A model generated the notes under the pieces. That model did no database searches. It saw only the letters and a list, made by a program, of their open reading frames with translations, and had not been told where the DNA came from. A stretch of 64,000 nucleotides of DNA from an uncultured bacterium (lineage in GTDB: Bacteria > Bacillota_I > Bacilli_A > RFN20 > CAG-826). Position numbers and translations under genes: made by a program. The stretch lies in the NCBI GenBank assembly GCA_949293175.1, contig CASFCI010000008.1, positions 954 through 64,953 on the forward strand, read 5' to 3'. This document shows positions 18,953 to 29,025 of the stretch, piece after piece; position 1 is the first letter of the stretch; each line of letters begins with the position of its first letter.

Positions 18953-19494
18953 TTTGCGTTCCCCTTCTTGGCTATGATCACCTTGCTGTAGCCGTATTTG
19001 TATTCCTTGGTCCAATCGAAGCCGGACAGGTCCAGTTCCAATTCGCCCTCGTATTCTATAACGACGGCCGACTCTTCTTTAAGAAGATTTCCGCCACTCA
19101 GCAAGTCGATGGCCTGCTGATAGTATTCCTTTTTCGCATAGGGCGGGTCCAAAAAGACCAGATCCAGCGAAGCAGGCGGAATCGATGATAGGGCATCCTT
19201 GAAATCGGCCCGGAGCACCTTCTGCGTTTCCTTTAGGCTGGCAAGGTTCTTCTTGATGACCGCGACGGCTTCGGGGGAATAATCGACGAAAAGGCAACTA
19301 GTCGCCCCGCGCGACAAAGCCTCGATGCCTAGCGCCCCGCTGCCGGCGAATAGATCAAGGCAATTGGCCCCGGGCAGGTAGTTGCGGATGGCCGAGAAGA
19401 TGGCCTCGCGGGTCCTCGACTTGGTCGGGACGGTGCCCTCATCTGGTATCTCGATGTTCCTTGAGCGGTATTTACCGCCGATTACCTTAACCAT
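18949..19494 (-). CDS. rsmD: 16S rRNA m2G966 methyltransferase
   Basis: [34 protein letters not shown]. Adjacent to coaD. Confidence 0.95.
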   Translation of the reverse strand: MVKVIGGKYRSRNIEIPDEGTVPTKSRTREAIFSAIRNYLPGANCLDLFAGSGALGIEALSRGATSCLFVDYSPEAVAVIKKNLASLKETQKVLRADFKDALSSIPPASLDLVFLDPPYAKKEYYQQAIDLLSGGNLLKEESAVVIEYEGELELDLSGFDWTKEYKYGYSKVIIAKKGNAK

Positions 19495-19855
19495 GATGCC
19501 TCCCGCAGGCCTTAGATGGGACCTCGACCTCAAACAAGGCCTTGTTTACCTGGTCTAACAGCCTTCTGTATCCGGAATACGCCTTCATGTAGGCCCTGGA
19601 TTCAGGAAGCTCGTCTATTTCCTTCTTATAAAGATATAGGGCGTGCTGCTCCGCTTTGGATTGCTCCGATTCCTCGCCGAAGTGATTGAGGGCGAACTCG
19701 AGTTTCTCCTCCTGCTGCCTGATAAGCGCGGAAAGTCTGTTGGCCTCAGAGGAAAGGTTAAGCTTCTCCTCGGCAGAATTTAGCGCGATCGCCTCTTGGC
19801 ACCCGCTTAGGTAATCCCTGACCGCGCATAGGCGGGCAACGGTGGCTTCTTCCAT
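19487..19855 (-). CDS. YlbF/YmcA-like regulator
   Basis: Small helical protein, LPESRAY...LLDQVN pattern, in the ylbF-rsmD-coaD neighbourhood. Confidence 0.6.
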   Translation of the reverse strand: MEEATVARLCAVRDYLSGCQEAIALNSAEEKLNLSSEANRLSALIRQQEEKLEFALNHFGEESEQSKAEQHALYLYKKEIDELPESRAYMKAYSGYRRLLDQVNKALFEVEVPSKACGRHHG

Positions 19856-19935
19856 CGGGGAAGATTTTACTTATTGTTGGCCATTTAGGCAAAGAAAGTG
19901 AACAATCCGCGCCTTTGCACTATAATCTCATGGAT

Positions 19936-20481
19936 ATGTTGAAGATAGTCAAAGACACCAACCCGAAGCTAAGGCGCAAATGCGATCCGGTGGAGACCCC
20001 GCTGGATGAGGAGAACGAGGCGATAGCCCTATCGCTGCTTTCATACCTCAAGGACTCGCAGGACCCCGACTTCCTCGAAAAGCATCCCAAGGTCCGCTCC
20101 GGCGTCGGCCTCGCCGCGCCCCAGGTCGGGGTGAGCCGGAGGATGATCGCCGTCTACTTCGAGGATGAGGACGGCAAGGAGATCTGCCACGTGCTGGCCA
20201 ACCCGAGGATATTGGCTTCATCGGTCAGGCAGTGCTACCTCGCCGGGGGCGAGGGATGCCTAAGCGTCGACGCCCCGCATCAAGGCAACGTCTACCGCGC
20301 CTATAAGATAACCGTGGCCGCCTATGACGTCTTATCCAAGAAGGACGTGAAGCTCGTCGCCCGGGGATATGAGGCCATAGTCCTTCAGCACGAGATGGAC
20401 CACCTGGATGGAATCCTCTTCTACGACCACATCGACCATCCAGACAAATCCATCGACGTAGATGACGCGATCCGCATCTAA
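19936..20481 (+). CDS. def: Peptide deformylase
   Basis: GVGLAAPQVG, EGCLS, QHEMDHLDG. Confidence 0.97.
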   Translation: MLKIVKDTNPKLRRKCDPVETPLDEENEAIALSLLSYLKDSQDPDFLEKHPKVRSGVGLAAPQVGVSRRMIAVYFEDEDGKEICHVLANPRILASSVRQCYLAGGEGCLSVDAPHQGNVYRAYKITVAAYDVLSKKDVKLVARGYEAIVLQHEMDHLDGILFYDHIDHPDKSIDVDDAIRI

Positions 20482-20595
20482 AACAGAAAGCGTTTACAGC
20501 CGCCCTAATGCTCTTCCACGGGGCGGCTTTTATGTTATATTTACCGCGAAGCAACTCACATAAGCGAGATTCTTTATCTAGAAAGGAACATTATT

Positions 20596-22263
20596 ATGGT
20601 CAAAGACACGCCTATAAGCATCTATGCGCTTGGGGGTTTAGGCGAGGTCGGCAAGAACACCTACTGCTTCGAGGCCGATAGATCCCTCATCATGGTCGAT
20701 GCCGGGGTCCGCTTCCCCGAGGCAAACCTACCGGGCGTCGACTACGTGATACCCGACTACACCTACCTCCGCAACAACCGCAGCAAGATCAAAGCATTGT
20801 TCATCACCCACGGCCACGAGGACCACATCGGGGGAATCCCCTTCCTCGTCAGAAGCGTCTATATCCCGGTCATCTACGCCCCGCGGCTAGCCGCGGCCCT
20901 GATCCGCCATAAACTCGAGGACAACCGCATCAAGGACCCGGTCAAGATCGTCGAATACGACCAGGACTCGGTAATAAAGATCGGCGACGAGTTCACCGTC
21001 TCCTTCTTCCGCGTCACCCATTCCATCCCGGATTCGTTTGGGATATGCATCGACACGCCGCAAGGCAGAATCGTCGAGACCGGCGATTTCAAGATCGACC
21101 TGACCCCGGTCGGGCCGAAGTTCGAGATCGACAAGCTCGCCAGGCTTGGGTCGGAGGGCGTCGACCTGCTGATGGCCGACTCGACCAACGCCGAGCTAGA
21201 GGGCTACACCCCAAGCGAGACCAACGTCCGCGCCGGCGTCGAAGAAATATTTGAGAAAGCCCCAGGCCGCATCATCGTCTCCACCTTCTCGAGCAACATC
21301 AACCGCATCCAGCAGGTCGTCGAGGTGGCCGTCGCCCATGGAAGGAAGATATGCATCCTCGGCCGCTCGATGAAGAACGTCATCTCCATCGCCCGCGAAT
21401 ACGGCTACATCAAGATCCCCGACGCCTCGATAGTCGAGGAAAGCAACCTGCGCAACTACAAGCTCAACGAGATCTGCATAATCTGCACCGGGAGCCAAGG
21501 CGAGCCGATGGCCGCGCTCTCGCGCATCGTCTCCGGGGACAACCGCAACACCTCGATCCTCCCCGGCGACACCGTCGTCTTCTCCTCCAACCCGATCCCG
21601 GGCAACGGGATGCTAGTCGATAGGCTGGTCAACAACCTCGTCAAGCAAGGGGCCGACGTGAAGCAGAATTCGATCGCCTTCTCGCTGCATTCCTCCGGCC
21701 ACCCGTCTAAGCAGGAGCTCCGCCTAATGCAGCGGCTCGTAAACCCCGCCTTCTTCATGCCGGTGCATGGCGAATACAGGATGCTCGTCCTCCACGGCCA
21801 GATCGCCAAGGACCTCGGCATGGACGAGAAGAAGGTATTCGTCTGCGACAACGGCGACGTGCTCGAGCTCTTCCACCACAAGATAACCCGCAGCGGCGCC
21901 CACATCCCGGCCGAGGATGTCTACATCGATGGCAATGACCTCGATGGGGTCAACGGGGCCATAATATCCGACCGCGACGTGCTCAAGTCCGAGGGCATGA
22001 TCGCCGTAATGATGACCATCTCGGCCTCTAAGGGCAACCTGCTGATCCCGCCGATAGTCTATGCCCGCGGCTTCGCCGCCAGCGAATCCACCCACGTCGT
22101 CCGCCACGCCCAGATCCGGGCCGAGGAGGAGGTCAGGAACATACTTGCCCACCATGGGTCGTTCGCCGATATAAAATCCGGCGTCAGGAACGTCGTCAGC
22201 AAATACGTCGAGCGCAAAACCGGCCGCAAACCCGTCATCATTCCGATGATAATGGAGGCCTAA
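20596..22263 (+). CDS. rnj: Ribonuclease J
   Basis: LGGLGEVGKN, THGHEDHIGG, TGSQGEP, HSSGH, PVHGE. Confidence 0.97.
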   Translation: MVKDTPISIYALGGLGEVGKNTYCFEADRSLIMVDAGVRFPEANLPGVDYVIPDYTYLRNNRSKIKALFITHGHEDHIGGIPFLVRSVYIPVIYAPRLAAALIRHKLEDNRIKDPVKIVEYDQDSVIKIGDEFTVSFFRVTHSIPDSFGICIDTPQGRIVETGDFKIDLTPVGPKFEIDKLARLGSEGVDLLMADSTNAELEGYTPSETNVRAGVEEIFEKAPGRIIVSTFSSNINRIQQVVEVAVAHGRKICILGRSMKNVISIAREYGYIKIPDASIVEESNLRNYKLNEICIICTGSQGEPMAALSRIVSGDNRNTSILPGDTVVFSSNPIPGNGMLVDRLVNNLVKQGADVKQNSIAFSLHSSGHPSKQELRLMQRLVNPAFFMPVHGEYRMLVLHGQIAKDLGMDEKKVFVCDNGDVLELFHHKITRSGAHIPAEDVYIDGNDLDGVNGAIISDRDVLKSEGMIAVMMTISASKGNLLIPPIVYARGFAASESTHVVRHAQIRAEEEVRNILAHHGSFADIKSGVRNVVSKYVERKTGRKPVIIPMIMEA

Positions 22264-22809
22264 ATGCTGATACTCGCATCAAGCTCTCCCCGCCGCAAGG
22301 AGCTGCTCCAGCTCATAACCAAGGACTTCGTGGTCTTTGCCTCGCACGTCGAGGAGAAAGACCTCCAGGTGTCCCCGGAGCAGACCCCGCTGCAGGAATC
22401 GAAGATGAAGGCCTACGCCGCCTTGCAATCCCATCAGCACGACGAGATACTCGCCTGCGACACCGTGGTGATACTGTCCAACCGCGTCCTAGGAAAGCCC
22501 AAGGACCGGGAAGCGGCCATCAACATGCTCCTCGCCCAATCGGGAAAGAAGCAGGTAGTCGTCAGCGGCTACACCTACATCGGCAAAGGCCGCGAGATAA
22601 CCCGCTCGGTCGCGACCGCGGTCTACTTCAACAAGCTCACCAGGGAGCAAATCGAGGAATACGTCGATAGGTTCCGCCCGTTCGACAAGGCAGGGGCCTA
22701 CGGCATTCAGGACGATTATCCCCTAATAGAAAAGATAGAGGGAAGCTATTACAACGTCATGGGGCTGCCGGTCGAGGACATAAAGGCCCACGTCTTCAGC
22801 CAAAGATGA
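22264..22809 (+). CDS. maf: Maf-family nucleotide pyrophosphatase
   Basis: ILASSSPRRKELL, DTVV...LGKP, DKAGAYGIQ, NVMGLP. Confidence 0.95.
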   Translation: MLILASSSPRRKELLQLITKDFVVFASHVEEKDLQVSPEQTPLQESKMKAYAALQSHQHDEILACDTVVILSNRVLGKPKDREAAINMLLAQSGKKQVVVSGYTYIGKGREITRSVATAVYFNKLTREQIEEYVDRFRPFDKAGAYGIQDDYPLIEKIEGSYYNVMGLPVEDIKAHVFSQR

Positions 22810-23161
22810 CCTTGTAGGCCTCCTCGGCATTGCCCTTTATGACCAAGGTCAGCTTATCCGACATCATTATGAAGCCGTCGACGCCGGCTTCTTTTAATTT
22901 CTCCTTATCGAGCTTGGAGTAATCGGCAAGCCTAAGGACGATCCTCGAGCCGCGGAGCTCCTTCTCGATGATGTTGGCTTCTCCGCCAAGAGCATCCAAA
23001 TACTCCGACTTCGAGGCCAGTTTCTTCACTGTCTTCTTGCCCTTCCGGAGGTAATAGGAAAGCAATATCGCGGCCGCGGCCGCGACTATCAGGGCCGCGA
23101 CCCCGATGGCTAAATACATGCCATAGTCGCGAAGGAAGTCATTAACGTTCGCATACATCAT
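22796..23161 (-). CDS. Membrane-anchored PTS EIIB-like domain protein lacking the catalytic Cys
   Basis: TM helix followed by ALGGEANI...RGSRIVLRLAD...LKEAGVDG. Confidence 0.65.
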   Translation of the reverse strand: MMYANVNDFLRDYGMYLAIGVAALIVAAAAAILLSYYLRKGKKTVKKLASKSEYLDALGGEANIIEKELRGSRIVLRLADYSKLDKEKLKEAGVDGFIMMSDKLTLVIKGNAEEAYKVIFG

Positions 23162-23217
23162 AGATTTATCCCCCACTCAAGGAAACGTTGCTATAATAGC
23201 ACACGAGGAAACAAACT

Positions 23218-23793
23218 ATGTCCAACGCCATTGAAATCGAAGCCAAAGCATTGGTGAGCCAAGACGACTACCGGAAACTGGCCAAGCTGTTCCCGGATTC
23301 GCCCCGCTACACCCAGACCAACCATTATATAGACTCCGACGAGCGCATCCTGTTCAAGGAAGGCATCGCGCTCCGCATCAGGGAGAAGAACGGCCAGTAC
23401 GAGCTGACCTTGAAGACCCCGCTGTCGCAGGGATTGCTTGAGAAGAACTGCGTCATTACCAAGCAGCAGTTCGACGACTTCAAGGAGAAGGGGATATTCC
23501 CCAAGGGCGATACCTCCCGCTTCCTGACGATGCTCGACATCGACATCGCCACCTTGAAGATATTGACCTCCCTCACCACCGACCGCATCGACGTCGAATA
23601 CAAAGGCGGGTTGCTCTCCATCGACCGGAACTGCTACTCCGGCAAGACCGACTACGAGGTCGAGTTCGAGTACAACAACCTCGGCGGCGCCAAGAAGGTC
23701 CTCTCCGACCTCTTCGAGGAAAATGGGATCGCCTATACCTTCACCAAAGCCTCCAAGACCCGCCGGGCCATGGAAGCCCTCGAGGCAAAGTAA
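23218..23793 (+). CDS. CYTH-domain protein (YjbK-like)
   Basis: EIEAK, QTNHYID, LRIR, LTLK, DYEVEFE, SKTRRA. Confidence 0.92.
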   Translation: MSNAIEIEAKALVSQDDYRKLAKLFPDSPRYTQTNHYIDSDERILFKEGIALRIREKNGQYELTLKTPLSQGLLEKNCVITKQQFDDFKEKGIFPKGDTSRFLTMLDIDIATLKILTSLTTDRIDVEYKGGLLSIDRNCYSGKTDYEVEFEYNNLGGAKKVLSDLFEENGIAYTFTKASKTRRAMEALEAK

Positions 23794-23833
23794 GCAAGGC
23801 AAAAACAAAGAGCCCTCATTGATGCTCTTTGTT

Positions 23834-24187
23834 TTACTTTAATGGTACATCGAATGGCTTTCTTTTCTTTAATGCATCACGTATTTTTATTTGCTTATTT
23901 CCAATTGGTTCATAAATTTCAAAATAATCATAGTTTATATTTTTTGCTTGAATCAAAGGTTTGCCATCAATCATATAATCATTAATATCATCAACTCCAC
24001 TTAAATATCCTAAGTCATGTTCATCGCAGAGCCAAATTGTTAAAACCTCATATGGAAAACTCATTGTAAAAAACATGCAAACATATTTATTCTTTTTTTT
24101 ACAATAATCGATAATTTCTAGTGCAGTAGGATCTTCTGGAGTAGAGGTTGGCTTATGGTAAACTAAATCACCAAATTTATACTTCAT
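23834..24187 (-). CDS. AT-rich orphan protein, horizontally acquired
   Basis: Intact 117-aa ORF in a sharply AT-rich patch. No recognisable motif beyond a KFGDLV start. Confidence 0.65.
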   Translation of the reverse strand: MKYKFGDLVYHKPTSTPEDPTALEIIDYCKKKNKYVCMFFTMSFPYEVLTIWLCDEHDLGYLSGVDDINDYMIDGKPLIQAKNINYDYFEIYEPIGNKQIKIRDALKKRKPFDVPLK

Positions 24188-24269
24188 CTTAATTCTTTGG
24201 GCTATCAGGATGTGTTACAGCTACCTCATCTTCATTTGGAGTTCTTTTTTTTGTTTACCGCGAGACCGA

Positions 24270-24995
24270 TCAGAGGGTCACCGAAGGTATGGCCTCGCCC
24301 TCTGGCTCCTCGTAGATGGCCTTGGCCCGGTAGCAACTTAGCCCCAGCACGGCGATACCGGTAAGGGTCGGGAGCAAGGCGATGAACAGCAGGAACAAGC
24401 CATCGAGCCGGATGAAGTTCTCGAAGTCCTTGATTAATTCCTGATAGGGGATGAACAGGCCGGTGGCGGCAAGCCCCGCGATGAAGGCAATCACCCCTAA
24501 GGCAACCGATAGCGGGCTCCGGCCGGAGGCATTGCAGGCGATGATGGTGAATAGGCCAAACAGGAGGACGACCCCGTATCCGATCAAATAGCCGGGGATC
24601 CTAAGCGATGAGAGCGAGACCGACGAGAAGTCGAATATCTTGCTTAGCGAGGCGAAATCGAAGCCAACGAAGTAGACGACGGCGCTCATGGCTCCGGCGA
24701 GGCCAAGGAAAATAGAGGAGCATAGAATGACCGGGCTGCTCTTGGCGAAGGCCCCGATCAGCATGGAGATGAGGCACACAAGCCCGAATAAGGCGATAGC
24801 CGAGTAGAAGGCGGCGTTTCCGAATATGTCGTATAAGACGTCGATCGATAAGGCTTGGCCTGGCTGCAGGCGGGGGTCGGAAAAGGCGTCGATGACCTGC
24901 TCGAAGGCGAGATAGCCGATTACGGCGAGGAACATCAAAGATGCCAGGGTGGCGAACAGAAGATAAACCGGCGAGCGGAGCTTGTTGGAAACCAT
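24270..24995 (-). CDS. Hypothetical multi-pass membrane protein
   Basis: About six hydrophobic segments. Starts 2 bp after the spx stop. Confidence 0.8.
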   Translation of the reverse strand: MVSNKLRSPVYLLFATLASLMFLAVIGYLAFEQVIDAFSDPRLQPGQALSIDVLYDIFGNAAFYSAIALFGLVCLISMLIGAFAKSSPVILCSSIFLGLAGAMSAVVYFVGFDFASLSKIFDFSSVSLSSLRIPGYLIGYGVVLLFGLFTIIACNASGRSPLSVALGVIAFIAGLAATGLFIPYQELIKDFENFIRLDGLFLLFIALLPTLTGIAVLGLSCYRAKAIYEEPEGEAIPSVTL

Positions 24996-24997
24996 AC

Positions 24998-25447
24998 TCA
25001 GTCCTTTCTCCCGTCTTCCTTGTTGTCCAAGGCATGCTCACAGACGGAGTAGCGAGGGCAATCGGTCGGATTGCAGTAGAAGGCGGCCAATTGGCGGGCC
25101 CTAGGGATGAAGGTCGTTATATCTTCCTCATTGTAACCAACTTGAACACGGCGGTCATCAACGATTATCGGGCGTTTGAGGACCGAAGGGTTCTTCCTTA
25201 TGAAGGCGATGAGCTCGCTTAGCTTCATCGAATCGAAATCGATATTCTGCTCGCTGACGATTTTAGACCGCCGGGAGATGATGTCGTCGGTGCCGTTCTC
25301 GCATTTGGTGATGACGTCATAGATGTCCTTTTCGGTAAGATCGGGCGAGAAGATGTTCTTCTCGGTGTATTCGATGTGGTTGTCGTCGAAATATTTCTTG
25401 ACCTTCCGGCAGCTAGAGCACGACGGCGATACAAAAACGGTAATCAT
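24998..25447 (-). CDS. spx: Transcriptional regulator Spx
   Basis: SPSCSSCRK, NGTDDIIS, LKRPII, VGYNEE. Confidence 0.92.
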   Translation of the reverse strand: MITVFVSPSCSSCRKVKKYFDDNHIEYTEKNIFSPDLTEKDIYDVITKCENGTDDIISRRSKIVSEQNIDFDSMKLSELIAFIRKNPSVLKRPIIVDDRRVQVGYNEEDITTFIPRARQLAAFYCNPTDCPRYSVCEHALDNKEDGRKD

Positions 25448-25542
25448 CTTGAGCAAAGTATATCACTTTTATACTCAATAAAACTAACTTGCGTACGCTC
25501 GCACACGCGGAAAGTGTGGTCTATAATGTGCGCCAGGGAAAT

Positions 25543-26532
25543 ATGAAACGTATATTGAGCGGAATAAAGCCGACTGGGAACCTGACCCTCGGCAACTACA
25601 TCGGTGCCCTAAAGCACTTCAAGGATTTTCAGGACCAAGGCGAGGTGTACATATTCATCGCAGACCTCCACGCCTTGACTTTGCCGATCGATCCAGAAAA
25701 ACTCCGTGAGAACTCCATTGACATCGCCTGCTTCTACCTAGCCAGCGGCCTTGATCCCGAAAAGAGCGCCATCTTCCTGCAAAGCTCCGTCTCGGCCCAC
25801 GCTGAGCTCAACGCGATACTGCAGAATTACCTCTACATGGGCGAGCTCTCGCGCATGACCCAGTTCAAGGACAAGAGCGCCAAGATGGCCAAATCCGCCA
25901 TCGGTTTGGGCCTATTCGCCTACCCGGTACTCATGGCGGCCGACATCGTGTTGTACAACGCCGACATCGTCCCGGTCGGGGCCGACCAGACCCAGCACGT
26001 CGAGCTTTGCCGCGACCTGGTCAAGCGCTTCAACTCCCGCTATGGCGACATCCTCGTCACCCCCAAGGCCCAGGTCGGCAAGGTCGGCGCCCGCATCATG
26101 TCGCTGGTGAACCCGCTGGCCAAGATGTCCAAATCCGACCCCAAGGGCGACATATTCCTAAAAGACGATATGGCCTCCGTCAGGAAGAAGATAATGTCGG
26201 CCGTCACCGACTCCGGATCGGAGGTCAAATACGACAAGGAGAACAAGCCCGGCATCTCGAACCTTCTCACCATCTATGCCTCGCTGAAGGACATGAGCAT
26301 CGAGGAGGCCGAGAAGTTCTTCGTCGGCTATCGCTATGGCGACTTCAAGAAGGCCGTCGCGCAGGCCGTCGTCGACGAGCTTGAGCCCTTCCAGAAGCGC
26401 TACCAGGAGATTAAGGAGAAGAAGCTCTACATACCGGTTCTGCGCCAAGGACGCGAAAAGGCCACCGCAATCGCCAATCAGACCTTGAAAAAGGTGCAAA
26501 AGGCCGTTGGATTGCTCGTTATCGATGAATAA
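25543..26532 (+). CDS. trpS: Tryptophan--tRNA ligase
   Basis: SGIKPTG, TLGNYIG, YPVLMAADI, VPVGADQ, KMSKS. Confidence 0.97.
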   Translation: MKRILSGIKPTGNLTLGNYIGALKHFKDFQDQGEVYIFIADLHALTLPIDPEKLRENSIDIACFYLASGLDPEKSAIFLQSSVSAHAELNAILQNYLYMGELSRMTQFKDKSAKMAKSAIGLGLFAYPVLMAADIVLYNADIVPVGADQTQHVELCRDLVKRFNSRYGDILVTPKAQVGKVGARIMSLVNPLAKMSKSDPKGDIFLKDDMASVRKKIMSAVTDSGSEVKYDKENKPGISNLLTIYASLKDMSIEEAEKFFVGYRYGDFKKAVAQAVVDELEPFQKRYQEIKEKKLYIPVLRQGREKATAIANQTLKKVQKAVGLLVIDE

Positions 26533-27310
26533 GGCCGTCGTCATAGACGTCGACGGCACCTTGCTGTCGACCCGGGGTAGGATGGGCGCCAAAACAAAGG
26601 CCGCCCTCCGCTACCTTCATGGCAAAGGCTATTTGGTCATACTTAATTCGGGGCGGCCCAGGAGGAATCTTGAGCCGCTTTTGGGTCAGCTTGGGTTCGA
26701 CGCCCCGCTGATCTGCTACAACGGAGCCGAATGCATCGACCAGGACGGGACGGTGCTTTTCAGGCACGACCTATCGACGGTAGGACTAAGGAGCATATAC
26801 TCGCAAGCCAAGGGATTCCTCACCTCCTTCGCCTGCGAGGACGAGACGACGATATACGCAATGATGAAGGATTCCTACCTATCGCACTACTTCCCATTCG
26901 CCGGCATGAAGCTTTCCTTTGGCGCTGCCACCCCGCTTCCCGAATCCGGCATCATGGCCTGCCTGCTGCGCTGCCCCCACCGCCATGACGGGAGGCTGGA
27001 GGAGATATGCACCAAGTCCGGATTCGACTATCGCCACTGGACCTCATCGACCTATTCCGAGGTATGCAGGAAGGGCGTGGACAAAGCTTCGGCCCTACGC
27101 TTCCTCATCGACAAATACCATCTGCAAAAAGACGGGATATATGGGTTTGGGGATTCGAGCAACGACCTAGGCTTCCTTTCCCTGTGCGGGCATCCATATT
27201 GCATGGCCAGCAGCAAGAACGAGGCCATGAGGAACGCCTTCCCCCTGACTAAAAAAGGCAACTCCGATGACGGAGTCGCCTTTGAGTTGATTGAGGTCCT
27301 AGGCCTTTAG
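26525..27310 (+). CDS. Cof-type HAD-IIB hydrolase
   Basis: DVDGTLL, SGRP, GVDKA, FGDSSND. Confidence 0.92.
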   Translation: MNKAVVIDVDGTLLSTRGRMGAKTKAALRYLHGKGYLVILNSGRPRRNLEPLLGQLGFDAPLICYNGAECIDQDGTVLFRHDLSTVGLRSIYSQAKGFLTSFACEDETTIYAMMKDSYLSHYFPFAGMKLSFGAATPLPESGIMACLLRCPHRHDGRLEEICTKSGFDYRHWTSSTYSEVCRKGVDKASALRFLIDKYHLQKDGIYGFGDSSNDLGFLSLCGHPYCMASSKNEAMRNAFPLTKKGNSDDGVAFELIEVLGL

Positions 27311-29014
27311 CCCGAGATAGGACCGGATGGCGGAGTTGAGATCATCCGCCTTTTTCTCTAGACCCAAGCCGGAATCGCGGCTGATGGTCTCGATGTAGAA
27401 CTTTATCTTCGGCTCGGTGCCGCTTGGCCTGATGGCCAGCGTGGACTCATCGTCGAAGCAGTATTTGATGACATCAGAAGCGGGCAATCCCTTGATCTCC
27501 TCAACCTTGCCGTCAGCATAGGTCCGCTTGGCGGAGAGGTAATCCTCGACGTAGGCGACCTTGCGTCCAGCGAGTTCCTCAAGCGGCTTGTCGTGGAGCT
27601 CGGCCATGAGCTTCTTCATGGTCGCGTTGCCCTCCATCCCCTCGAAGTAGCAGTCCTTGGTGACGGTGAAGTGATAGCCGATCCGCTTCTCTAACGCGGC
27701 ATAGGCCTCGTCTAGATGAAGCCCCTTGCTCTTGTAGTAGAGGGCCATCTCGGTGTAGAGGAGGATGGCCTGCGTGCCGTCTTTGTCCCTGACGAAGGGG
27801 GCGATTAGGCAGCCATATGATTCCTCATATCCGAAGACGAAGGTCGGGCCTTTGCCTAGCTCCTCATAGTGGCGTATCCGCTCGCCGATGAACTTGAAGC
27901 CGGTCAGGAAAGACTCGCATTTAACGCCGTATGAGGCGGCGACTTCCCTTCCGAAGGAGCTGGTGACGATGGTGTCGTAGATGACGGCGTCGGATGGCAA
28001 TGTGCCCTTTTCCTTCTTGCAGGAGAGCAGATAGTCGATCAGCAGCGCCCCGGACTGGTTACCAGTGAGGCGCTTATAGGTGCCATCGCTCGCCAGATAG
28101 GCCAGACCGCAGCGGTCGCCGTCGGGGTCGGTCATGACCGCGAGGTCGGCATGGTACTGCTTTGCGTACTCGAGGCTCTTGGTCCAGGCGGCCTCCAACT
28201 CGGGGTTGGGCGAGGCGGTGCCGGAGAAGGATGGGTCGTGGGTGCATTGCTCAGCGACCGGGATGACGTTGTACCCGCATTCCTTGAACACCCTCATCGA
28301 GACCTCATAGGAGGCGCCGTGCTGCGGCGAGTAGATAAGGGTGAAATGGCTCTTATCGAGCTCAGGGTGCTCCTGGCATCCCTTAACCAGCTTGATGTAC
28401 TCGTCGTCGATGTCTTTGGCCAGCATCACCTGCTCGCCCCGCTTCCGGGCGGTCGGGACCTCGTAGGAAAGCTCGTCGGGAAGCTTGGACAGGATCTCAA
28501 GCATCGGCTTTATCTTTGAAGGCACGAGCTGGCAGCCGGAATCGTCATAGACCTTGTATCCGTTGTATTGCTTCGGGTTGTGGCTGGCGGTGATCATCAC
28601 GCCGCCGGCGGCATGGAGGTAGCGGACGGCGAAGCTAAGCTCCGGGGTCGGGCGAAGAGAATCGAATATGTAGGTGTTGATGCCCATCTGGTTGAGCAAA
28701 GAGGAGGTGAGCAAGGTGAATTCGCGGGAGTTGTAGCGGTTGTCATGGCTTATGACGACGCCTCTTGATGCCGCCTCCTTGCCGCCTTTCAGTATGAACT
28801 CGCCGAAAGCGACGGTCGCCCGCCCAACGGTGTGGGAGTTCATCCGGTTGGTGCCGGGACCCATGACGCCCCTCATGCCGGCGGTCCCAAATTCGCAATC
28901 CTTGTAGAAAGCGTCATTGCGCTCCTCTTCGGAAAGGGAGATGAGCGCTTCCTTCTCCTTCTCGGAAACCCGAGGCGAGGATAGCCAGCGGCTGTAGTTC
29001 TCTTTAACGTCCAT
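27299..29014 (-). CDS. pgm: Phosphoglucomutase/phosphomannomutase
   Basis: FGTAGMRG, TASHNP, DPDGDR, GYEES, RPSGTEPK. Confidence 0.93.
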   Translation of the reverse strand: MDVKENYSRWLSSPRVSEKEKEALISLSEEERNDAFYKDCEFGTAGMRGVMGPGTNRMNSHTVGRATVAFGEFILKGGKEAASRGVVISHDNRYNSREFTLLTSSLLNQMGINTYIFDSLRPTPELSFAVRYLHAAGGVMITASHNPKQYNGYKVYDDSGCQLVPSKIKPMLEILSKLPDELSYEVPTARKRGEQVMLAKDIDDEYIKLVKGCQEHPELDKSHFTLIYSPQHGASYEVSMRVFKECGYNVIPVAEQCTHDPSFSGTASPNPELEAAWTKSLEYAKQYHADLAVMTDPDGDRCGLAYLASDGTYKRLTGNQSGALLIDYLLSCKKEKGTLPSDAVIYDTIVTSSFGREVAASYGVKCESFLTGFKFIGERIRHYEELGKGPTFVFGYEESYGCLIAPFVRDKDGTQAILLYTEMALYYKSKGLHLDEAYAALEKRIGYHFTVTKDCYFEGMEGNATMKKLMAELHDKPLEELAGRKVAYVEDYLSAKRTYADGKVEEIKGLPASDVIKYCFDDESTLAIRPSGTEPKIKFYIETISRDSGLGLEKKADDLNSAIRSYLGLKA

Positions 29015-29025
29015 AGGTTGCCTCC

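Noticed and set aside
25457..25542. T-box leaders expected before trpS and proS
   Set aside because: The intergenic spaces are too short and no GGTGGNACCGCG T-box motif is present.
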